In this document: one piece after another, positions 7,616 through 14,557 of the stretch
Position numbering within the stretch: position 1 is the stretch's first letter
Layout of the letters: the number at the start of each line of letters is the position of its first letter
NCBI GenBank assembly: GCA_945859975.1
Contig: CAMAPH010000053.1
Span: 1-14,557, forward strand
Length of the DNA: 14,557 bases
Source of the DNA: Chthonomonas calidirosea
GTDB taxonomy: Bacteria; Armatimonadota; Fimbriimonadia; Fimbriimonadales; Fimbriimonadaceae
Direction: 5' to 3'
The notes under the pieces: model-generated
Told to the model about the DNA's origin: nothing
Databases searched by the model: none
Seen by the model: the letters and a program-made list of their open reading frames with translations, nothing else
Translations under genes and position numbers: made by a program

Positions 7616-8576
7616 GATTCTCGCCTCTACGATCATTGCAGCAAGCGCGGCCACGAGCTATGGTCAGCAGCGCCCGTCCCTGGAGGGCCTGCCGGAGATA
7701 CTCCGTTTGGCGGTGAGCCGAGCGGACTCGTTGCGATATACCGGAGTCCGGGTAGTGAACGTGCGCGCTCGGGGACCACAACGAGAAACGGTCGAATACA
7801 TCACGCGCGATGGAGACCGAATTCGCATCGACTTTCCGAACGATTCGGCGTTCTCCGGACAAGTGATCATCGAAGACCCCACGGAGCGGCGACACTACTT
7901 GCCTGGACAGAATGAGGTTCGCGTGTTGCCACCTCGTCGCGGCGAATCGCTCCTGAGGCTCGTTGCGAGCTTAGCGCGGTTTCGCCAAGAGCGAAAGGTC
8001 TCGGTAGAAAACGGTTCGTTGATTGCGGGGCGACTGACTCGCTTGCTGCTGGTTGCGGATCAGCGCGGAAATCCACTCCAAAAGCTTTACATTGACCCAA
8101 CAACCGGCGCGGTCCTCAAGAGCGAAGTCTATGACTTTGTTGGGACATCGGTTGGGAGCTACGAGTTCAAATCGATTGAGTTCAAGGATAAGATCGATTC
8201 CCGACTTTTCAAGGTGTCAAGGAAGGGACTGCGGACCGTTTCACCTCAAACCGAGGCGAATGAGCTCACGACCAAGCTCAATCTCCGACAAATTCAAATA
8301 CCGCGAGAATTCGGTTTTAGGCTGGAATCCGCTCGCGTGATTCGACCAGAAGGTGAGCCGATTCTCGCACAGATGTTTTCGAGCAGCACGGGCAGATTAA
8401 CGGTGTTTCAGACGCGCGCCGATCTGAAATCTGAGCGACTCAGTAAGTTTGCTCGCGGCGAAATCTCAACGCGTACCTGGCGCGTGGGGGGAATCAACTT
8501 TGCCGTGGTTGGTCCAAAGAGCACGAATTTCGACCGAGTAGCGGACCGTTTAAAGCGAGATTTAGGCGGCCAGTAG
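7605..8576 (+). CDS. Periplasmic RseB/MucB-like (LolA-fold) sigma regulatory protein
   Basis: Signal peptide; LRYTG, IAGR, LYIDPTTGAVLKSEVYD and YEFKSI...F pattern of the MucB/RseB N-terminal domain; third gene of a sigma/anti-sigma operon. Confidence 0.75.
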   Translation: MFSRILASTIIAASAATSYGQQRPSLEGLPEILRLAVSRADSLRYTGVRVVNVRARGPQRETVEYITRDGDRIRIDFPNDSAFSGQVIIEDPTERRHYLPGQNEVRVLPPRRGESLLRLVASLARFRQERKVSVENGSLIAGRLTRLLLVADQRGNPLQKLYIDPTTGAVLKSEVYDFVGTSVGSYEFKSIEFKDKIDSRLFKVSRKGLRTVSPQTEANELTTKLNLRQIQIPREFGFRLESARVIRPEGEPILAQMFSSSTGRLTVFQTRADLKSERLSKFARGEISTRTWRVGGINFAVVGPKSTNFDRVADRLKRDLGGQ

Positions 8577-8614
8577 GTCTTTGTTGGGTCCAAAGGTAAC
8601 GGACCCAACTAGAC
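8577..8614. other. Inverted repeat / hairpin between the rseB-like gene and PBP1A
   Basis: Perfect 9-bp stem gttgggtcc (8583-8591) / ggacccaac (8601-8609), extendable by gtct/agac; no U-tract on either strand. Confidence 0.7.
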
Positions 8615-8637
8615 AAGCGTCAACCATCCGCTATAAT
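8596..8637 (+). promoter_or_regulatory. Overlapping putative promoters for PBP1A: ECF-like GTAAC-N16-GCGTC and sigma70-like TAGACA-N16-TATAAT
   Basis: GTAAC 8596-8600 and GCGTC 8617-8621; TAGACA 8610-8615 and TATAAT 8632-8637. Confidence 0.6.
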
Positions 8638-10912
8638 GCCTATTGTGCCAGCCGCTAGCCCAAAGCAAGCCGCGCAGGAGTACCGCAACCCGTGGCCTCG
8701 CCGCCTGAAGCGAACCCTCGTTGCCTTTCTTATTCTCCTGTTAGGGCTTCTATGCGCCGTTGCGATCACGATCTTTTTCGCATCCAAGAATCTCCAAGCG
8801 GATGCCGAGCAGATCGAGCAAAAGATGTTGGTCGCAGATTCCGAACCAACGATCATTGTTAGCGCGGACGGAGTGGAGCTTTTTCGACTTGTTGACGAGT
8901 ATCGCAAGCCGTTCACGCTGAAGGATGTTCCCGACCACGTGGTCAATGCTTTCTTGGCGGCGGAGGACAAACGGTTCTACACGCACAGCGGCGTTGATCC
9001 AGTTGGTTTGTTCCGCGTCGCATTTCTCGCCGCGCGTGAACGTCGCTTGTCTCAGGGCGGATCGACCATCACCATGCAGCTCGCGAAGCGCTTGGTGAAT
9101 GGCGACGACCGCTCTATGGACCGTAAGTTCCGGGACATCGCGCTTGCGCTTCAGCTTGAGAAGCTGAAAACAAAGGAGCAGCTTTTAGAGCTTTATCTAA
9201 AGCAAGTCTATTTTGGAGAAGGCGCGTACGGCCTGGCTTCGGCAGCGGAGATCTACTTCGGGAAGGAGATCAAAGACCTAACGATTGGCGAGGCGGCGAT
9301 TCTTTCTCGATGCGTGCGTCGTCCGAGTGACGAAAACCCGATTAGCAACTACAAGCGCGCGCTGGCTAATCGAAACGTGGTGCTTGACATCATGTTGGAA
9401 GAAGGGATGATTTCCCAATCGGAGGCCAAGCAGGCAAAAGCCGAGAACCCACGGGTCAAGAAATCTTCGAAATTGCTTGTGTCGTCGAAAGCGCTTGCGC
9501 CGTACTTTGTTGACTATATTTTCAAGAGCCTTCGGGAGCAGCTGCCAGACATCAACCTGAGGAAGGGCGGCTATCGGGTCGAGACGACGATCCGAATGGA
9601 TATCCAAGAGTACGCGGAGGGAGCAGTCCTGCGCGAAGTCCAAAAGCACCGGCGGCAGAACGTACAGGATGGCTGCTTCGTGTTGACCAACGCCAACGGA
9701 GAGATCGTGGCGATGGTCGGAGGCACAAACTACAAGAAGGACCAATTCAACACGGTGACCATGGGGTTGCGATCGCCTGGCTCCAGCTTTAAGCCGATTG
9801 TCTATGCCGCAGCGCTCCAGACGGGCAAGCTCGCGATGGGGCAGCAGGTCTCGAACCGACCGATTACATTTCCACAGTCCAACGGCAAGGTTTGGGCGCC
9901 GAAGAATTCGGGCCGATGGGATGCAAGCTCTTACGATCTAGGCACGGCGTTTGCGTATTCGATCAATCGCCCGGCGATCTGGACCTCGTTTGAGACCGGG
10001 CGAGAGGTCGTGGTGCAATACGCACATGACCGCTTCGGGATTCAGTCAAAGCTGGATCCGGTTCTGAGCATTGCCCTTGGCCCGATGGGCGTCCATCCGC
10101 TTGAGATGGCGGAGGTCTACAGCGTTTTCGCCTCGCGAGGCGATCGCATTCGACCTTTTGGAATTCGCCGTGTTACGGGACCGGACGGTAATGCGGTGTA
10201 TGTGGGCACCGCCCGAAAATTCCCGCGTGTTCTCGACGAGTGGGTCGCTGACTCCATGGATCAGTTACTTGAGCAAGTTGTCCAGCGAGGTACGGCAACG
10301 GCGGCGCGGGGCATTCCGAATGCTCGCGGCAAAACAGGAACGACAAACGATAACCGGGATGCCTGGTTCTGCGGCTATTCCGACGGCTTGGTTGGCATCG
10401 CTTGGGTGGGCTCACGAAACAACTCGCGCATGAGTAGCAGCGTCTTTGGCGGGACCGTGTCGATCAACTTCTGGGTCGACATTATGCGGTTCGCGCGAAA
10501 TGCCTATGGCGGCAAGATGCCGACGTACAACGGCAACGAGTCCGGAGTGGTTGTGGCCGTATCAAAGCCAACCACACCTGCCGTTGTCGACGACGTACCG
10601 GTTCCTCCGGTGACGGAGGATGACACTGCGCAGCCGAAGGCGACTGACCTGGATCAAGACCAGGATGAACCTACGCCGAAAGTCGAGCCCGAAGGTGAGC
10701 CTGCGGAAGAGCCGTCCATTCCGAAGCCGCCCGAACAAAAGCCGCAGTCACCGAAGCCAGAACCGCCAAAACGTCCGACCGAAGATGTCGTTGAGGTCGA
10801 GCTATGCGCGGAGACCCTTGCGGTGGCAAATCCGTTTTGTATGGAGACGATCACTCGACGCATGAAACGAAGCAACATTCCGCGGAAGAGTTGCCCCGTG
10901 CATCGGGAGTAG
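8636..10912 (+). CDS. Class A penicillin-binding protein (PBP1A family, transglycosylase/transpeptidase)
   Basis: N-terminal TM helix; GT51 motifs EDKRFYTHSG and GGSTITMQLAK; transpeptidase SSFK, SIN, KTG; Pro-rich tail. Start may be GTG 8645. Confidence 0.96.
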   Translation: MPIVPAASPKQAAQEYRNPWPRRLKRTLVAFLILLLGLLCAVAITIFFASKNLQADAEQIEQKMLVADSEPTIIVSADGVELFRLVDEYRKPFTLKDVPDHVVNAFLAAEDKRFYTHSGVDPVGLFRVAFLAARERRLSQGGSTITMQLAKRLVNGDDRSMDRKFRDIALALQLEKLKTKEQLLELYLKQVYFGEGAYGLASAAEIYFGKEIKDLTIGEAAILSRCVRRPSDENPISNYKRALANRNVVLDIMLEEGMISQSEAKQAKAENPRVKKSSKLLVSSKALAPYFVDYIFKSLREQLPDINLRKGGYRVETTIRMDIQEYAEGAVLREVQKHRRQNVQDGCFVLTNANGEIVAMVGGTNYKKDQFNTVTMGLRSPGSSFKPIVYAAALQTGKLAMGQQVSNRPITFPQSNGKVWAPKNSGRWDASSYDLGTAFAYSINRPAIWTSFETGREVVVQYAHDRFGIQSKLDPVLSIALGPMGVHPLEMAEVYSVFASRGDRIRPFGIRRVTGPDGNAVYVGTARKFPRVLDEWVADSMDQLLEQVVQRGTATAARGIPNARGKTGTTNDNRDAWFCGYSDGLVGIAWVGSRNNSRMSSSVFGGTVSINFWVDIMRFARNAYGGKMPTYNGNESGVVVAVSKPTTPAVVDDVPVPPVTEDDTAQPKATDLDQDQDEPTPKVEPEGEPAEEPSIPKPPEQKPQSPKPEPPKRPTEDVVEVELCAETLAVANPFCMETITRRMKRSNIPRKSCPVHRE

Positions 10913-10918
10913 GAACGG

Positions 10919-11203
10919 ATGATGGAAGAAAAGCAGGGGCCCGGGGCATTGTCAACCGATCCGATCCGGATGTGGATTTTTCCCGGTTTGATGGCCTTCG
11001 CCTTGATCTGCGTCTTCTTCAAGCTGTTTTACATCCAAGTGGTTCGAGGAAACGATTTCCAAGCCCATCGAACGGCCGCGCCTCGGACGGTGATTGCCAG
11101 TGCCTCTCGCACAAAGGGGCCTGAACTATTTGAACGAGCGCAGCGTTGGAGCGTTCGTACGGCGCGAAAGATTTGGCATCGCGTACGACCTTCGTCCCAG
11201 TAG
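10919..11203 (+). CDS. Small membrane protein homologous to the PBP2 N-terminal anchor (or a remnant of an mrdA duplicate)
   Basis: Starts 6 nt after the PBP1A stop with GGGAG/AGGA upstream; RMWIFPGLMAFALICVFFKLFYIQVV aligns without gaps to RLLVFPGVMAVALLALFGRLYYFQIV of the next gene. Confidence 0.6.
   Translation: MMEEKQGPGALSTDPIRMWIFPGLMAFALICVFFKLFYIQVVRGNDFQAHRTAAPRTVIASASRTKGPELFERAQRWSVRTARKIWHRVRPSSQ
11122..11155 (+). promoter_or_regulatory. Two interleaved ECF-like promoter motifs upstream of mrdA
   Basis: TGAAC (11122-26)-N16-GCGTT (11143-47) and TGAAC (11131-35)-N15-GCGTT (11151-55); the second matches the motif before the sigma gene in both boxes and spacing. Confidence 0.45.
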
Positions 11204-11219
11204 ACTTTGGATTCCAGAA

Positions 11220-13049
11220 ATGTCCGTTATTCACGCCCCGAAGCAGCCTGACCTTGACGCGCGACTGCTTGTATTTCCAGGGGTCATGGCGGTGGCTCTG
11301 CTTGCTCTTTTTGGTCGGCTGTATTACTTCCAAATCGTAAAGGCCACTGAGCTGAACGAAAGGGCGGAGGCAAGTGAGCAGATTTCTATCGACTCGCTCG
11401 CGCCTCGCGGATTGATTGTCGATCGCCGCGGAAAGATGGTCGCCGGCGTTCGCCCAGAAATCGTTGTGAAAGGGGTGCCAGATGTCCTTCGGAAGCATCC
11501 CGAAGTGCTGGATCAGGTCGCAGAGATTCTTGGTGCGGACAAGAAGCGCTTGGAGAAGAAGCTCAACGATGGGTACTGGCGAAAGCACCTGCCGACCCCC
11601 ATTTACGTTGGGGCGAGCGTAGCCGCTGGTTCCAAGCTGGCGGAGATCGCGGATACGTTGCCTGGCATTTCAGTCGACACCCAACCCATGCGGTTCTATC
11701 CGGACCCAACAAGTTTCAGCCACGTTCTGGGATATGTCTGGACGCCTAACCCGAACGAGGAAAAGAGGATCAAGGAGGAATTCCAGATGAAGGTTCCGCC
11801 CTACGTTGGTAAGGGCGGGATCGAGCGCGCATACGAGCTCGACCTTATGGGCACGCTCGGGCGAGAATACATTGAGGTAGATGCTCGCCAGCGCCCGCTC
11901 CGCATCATGGGGCGAGACTCCGGGACGCCCGGTAAGAAACTCGTCCTTAGCCTAGACGCGAACCTTCAAAAGTTGGCGACGACCATGCTCACCGAGCAAG
12001 GATTTAAGGGGAGCGCCGTTGCGATTGATCCTCGGAACGGAGAAGTTCTCTGCTTAGTCAGCAATCCCACGTTCGATCCGTCGCTGTTTTTGGGCGGGAT
12101 TAGCGAGCACGAGTATGCGAGTCTTAAGGACGATCCGAACCTGCCGATGATGAATCGGGCGGTCCAGACCCCGCTTGCCCCTGGATCGACATTTAAGATC
12201 GTAACCGCGATTGCTGCTGCAAAGGCGGGGATTTGGTCTGAATCCGGGACGGCTTTTTGTGCGGGTGGATTCACTCTTGGTTCCAAGACGTTCAAGTGCC
12301 TTGGACATCACGGAAGCGTTTCGTTTGAACGGGCGATGGAGAAGTCTTGCAACACTTACTTCTGCACGCTCGGCTACCGAATGGGGCGCGAGAAGCTTGT
12401 TGAAGCGGCTGAGTCCGTCGGAATTGCTTCTCGAACGGGGATCGAAATTGGTGGGGAAGATCCGGGCTCACTGCCGAATGAGAAGTGGTTGAAGCGAAAC
12501 CGAAAGCCGGCGGTTTGGTTTGGTGGTGACGTGGTCAACGGGTCCATTGGTCAAGGGGCGGTTGGCGCTACGCCGCTGCAGATGGCCAATCTCATGGCGC
12601 TGGTTGCGAACAACGGCGTTAACTACGTGCCGCACCTGGTCCATGCGACAGTTGATCCGGTTGACGGTTCGAAGGTTTCGGTACTTCCGTCCAAGGAATC
12701 GCACCGCGTTGATTTGCCAACTGACTTTTGGGTTTCGCTACGACGCTCCCTGGGCCGAGTCATCGAGTCTGGAACCGCCCGATCTGCCGCGATTCCGGGC
12801 CTCGGTTGGGGCGGAAAGACGGGAAGTGCCGAGCAGCGTAAGGGACGTTTAACGCACTCTTGGTTCGTCGGATTTGCCCCGCTGGAAAACCCAACCATTG
12901 CGATCTGCGTCCGCGTGGAAGAAGCGGGTCACGGCGGGGAAGTTGCCGCGCCGATTGCTCGCGAACTTGTGAAGCGCTACTTGGCCAGCACGGCTTCGAA
13001 GCCATCGGCCCAAGCCGCGACTTCTGCGACGTCTCCGCCGGTTCGCTGA
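11220..13049 (+). CDS. mrdA: Penicillin-binding protein 2 (class B transpeptidase)
   Basis: TM anchor ending RLYYFQIV, APRGLIVDRRG, R.YP, HVLGY, GK.GIE..YE; catalytic STFK, SCN, KTG. Start set at ATG 11220, typical distance before the TM helix. Confidence 0.95.
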   Translation: MSVIHAPKQPDLDARLLVFPGVMAVALLALFGRLYYFQIVKATELNERAEASEQISIDSLAPRGLIVDRRGKMVAGVRPEIVVKGVPDVLRKHPEVLDQVAEILGADKKRLEKKLNDGYWRKHLPTPIYVGASVAAGSKLAEIADTLPGISVDTQPMRFYPDPTSFSHVLGYVWTPNPNEEKRIKEEFQMKVPPYVGKGGIERAYELDLMGTLGREYIEVDARQRPLRIMGRDSGTPGKKLVLSLDANLQKLATTMLTEQGFKGSAVAIDPRNGEVLCLVSNPTFDPSLFLGGISEHEYASLKDDPNLPMMNRAVQTPLAPGSTFKIVTAIAAAKAGIWSESGTAFCAGGFTLGSKTFKCLGHHGSVSFERAMEKSCNTYFCTLGYRMGREKLVEAAESVGIASRTGIEIGGEDPGSLPNEKWLKRNRKPAVWFGGDVVNGSIGQGAVGATPLQMANLMALVANNGVNYVPHLVHATVDPVDGSKVSVLPSKESHRVDLPTDFWVSLRRSLGRVIESGTARSAAIPGLGWGGKTGSAEQRKGRLTHSWFVGFAPLENPTIAICVRVEEAGHGGEVAAPIARELVKRYLASTASKPSAQAATSATSPPVR

Positions 13050-14557
13050 CGAAGTTCAGTTAGCATTTTGGTGGCCTTCAGAGCCATTTCCATTTTTGCT
13101 TTAACGCTGCGCATCGTCTCTCCCCCGAAGTTCGAGCCCGGATCATACTTCTCTGTTCGCTCCACCAACGGCACGGTCGAGGTGACGTAGCGATTGTAGA
13201 TATCGATTGCGCCAACCAGCCAATCGGCCCGCTGCGCGTCCTGTGGCAGTCGCTCGGCGAGGAAGATTCTCGCTTCCGCAGTCTCGGTCGGCACCAGTTC
13301 TGGGAGAGAGCGAATTTGGTAGTACGTGGATGTTTCCACGGATAGAAGTTGCTTTGCGGTGTTAACCGAGTCTTCTTCGGTGCCAAAAGCGCTTTGGGTC
13401 CGCATGAGCTGAGCGAGGGCCGGGAGATTATTGGGATCGCGACGCAGGGCAGAACGCAACGAATCCATTGCGGCAGCGTAGTTGCCGATGGACTCTTGGG
13501 TTCGGGCGAGAACGCGATAGTTTCGGGGGCTCGGGCTCTTTGCTGCGGCGAGGCGATAGGACTCCACGGCTCCAGCATCTTGGGTCGCCATGCGGTACTG
13601 GCCGGTGAGGTAGTCGGTTTCGCCATCGTACGGCGCGAGATTTTGGAGGCTGGCTAGATCGTCCGCGAGGCCACGATCGCCTGAAATCAATCCGGCGCGG
13701 ACTTTTGCCTTCGAGACTTCGCCCGCGCAGATGAACATGGAGAAGATCAGAAACAGAATCGGTACCGACAAAGCCAAAAGGCGATATGGTCGCAGAAGGA
13801 GTTCCGGAGCGATGGCATCGGTGGCTACGGTGGTTCCGAGTCCGAGCAAAAGGAAGAAGATGAACCCAATGCCGAAGTAGGAGAGATCGCTATCCACGAA
13901 CCCGTGGGCGGCGATGGAAAGGACCGCGGTGATGATGGCGAGCCGAACAATCTGTTTCTCGGGAGGACTCTTTCGGTAGCCCTTGAACATTAAGATCAGC
14001 CATGCGATCCCGATTACGAACAGCAACAGTGGTGCGAGAATGGACGAATCCACCGCCATTTGTAGGTAGGAGTTGTGCGCGAAAACGGTTTGGGTGGTGA
14101 GACCGGGGCGGGCCGATTCGAACCGGTAGCCACCGAGTCCATAGCCAATCGGATTCTTCTCGATCAGGTTGATTGCACCTTTCCAAAGCAGGGTCCGGAA
14201 TCCGGCCGATTGCTCGGCCGTGCCGCCAGCGTTGCCTAAGCGAGTTAGGGCCGTTGCGGACGCTTCTCCGCCGGCAGCGGCGACGGGTGCCTGGCTCTTG
14301 GTCAGGCCGAAGCCCATGATGAGGACCAAAACCATCGCAGCAACCGGAACCTTCAGTCGAGCTTTTTCGGCATTCTGAACAGCCGCAAAAACAAGCGACA
14401 CCACCGATACGCCAGCGGTGACAAGCAGAACACCTTTGGACTGGGTGAGCAGGATTCCAAGGCCGATTACGGCCAGCCCAAGGACGCTTAGCAGGGTGCC
14501 GATCCGGGTGGATAGCTGGCTAAGGCCGAGGCCCAAGAACCAGCCGACCATAAGCAT
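12977..14557 (-). CDS. O-antigen ligase (Wzy_C/WaaL-like) family membrane protein with C-terminal TPR-like helices; 5' end outside the window
   Basis: Multiple TM helices, LLTQSKG, R..LW..A...I..NP.GYGLG, AHNSYLQ, AHGFVD, then TPR-like segments (AVESYRLAAAKSP, AMDSLRSALRRDPNN). Confidence 0.88.
   Translation of the reverse strand: MLMVGWFLGLGLSQLSTRIGTLLSVLGLAVIGLGILLTQSKGVLLVTAGVSVVSLVFAAVQNAEKARLKVPVAAMVLVLIMGFGLTKSQAPVAAAGGEASATALTRLGNAGGTAEQSAGFRTLLWKGAINLIEKNPIGYGLGGYRFESARPGLTTQTVFAHNSYLQMAVDSSILAPLLLFVIGIAWLILMFKGYRKSPPEKQIVRLAIITAVLSIAAHGFVDSDLSYFGIGFIFFLLLGLGTTVATDAIAPELLLRPYRLLALSVPILFLIFSMFICAGEVSKAKVRAGLISGDRGLADDLASLQNLAPYDGETDYLTGQYRMATQDAGAVESYRLAAAKSPSPRNYRVLARTQESIGNYAAAMDSLRSALRRDPNNLPALAQLMRTQSAFGTEEDSVNTAKQLLSVETSTYYQIRSLPELVPTETAEARIFLAERLPQDAQRADWLVGAIDIYNRYVTSTVPLVERTEKYDPGSNFGGETMRSVKAKMEMALKATKMLTELRQRTGGDVAEVAAWADGFEAVLAK

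Noticed and set aside
10660..10780. Short ccgaag/gagcc repeats
   Set aside because: Explained by the Pro/Glu/Lys codons of the PBP1A linker; no regular repeat-spacer period.
11094..11219. TTG 11094 as the mrdA start
   Set aside because: Overlaps the upstream ORF and gives an atypically long N-terminus; ATG 11220 fits PBP2 architecture and follows a TAGACT hexamer.
1..14557. Defence system, prophage, transposase or CRISPR array
   Set aside because: Nearly all sequence is accounted for by housekeeping and envelope genes; no such motifs or repeat arrays were seen.

Overview
A bacterial core-genome window with no mobile element, CRISPR array or RNA gene visible. The protein style and promoter style suggest a diderm, possibly Armatimonadota (Fimbriimonas-like), organism; this is an impression, not a database result. 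Left half: a two-domain FKBP lipoprotein (-), smpB (+), a minus-strand run of 2Fe-2S ferredoxin, apt, an exported OB-fold protein, miaA, hfq and dapF, then a peptidase T-like M20 enzyme and a small outer-membrane beta-barrel (+). Right half: an envelope cluster of ECF sigma factor, membrane anti-sigma, RseB/MucB-like protein, class A PBP1A, a 94-aa ORF and PBP2 (mrdA), convergent with a 5'-truncated O-antigen ligase/TPR gene. The main observations are: (1) the 94-aa ORF is a stand-alone, synonymously diverged copy of the PBP2 membrane anchor; (2) the motif AAC-N15/16-GCGT upstream of the ECF sigma gene recurs upstream of both PBP genes, suggesting a locally encoded cell-wall stress regulon; (3) many genes have a -10 hexamer 6-9 nt before the start codon, suggesting leaderless mRNAs; (4) PBP1A ends in a Pro/acidic linker plus a C-x10-C-x17-C-x2-H module.
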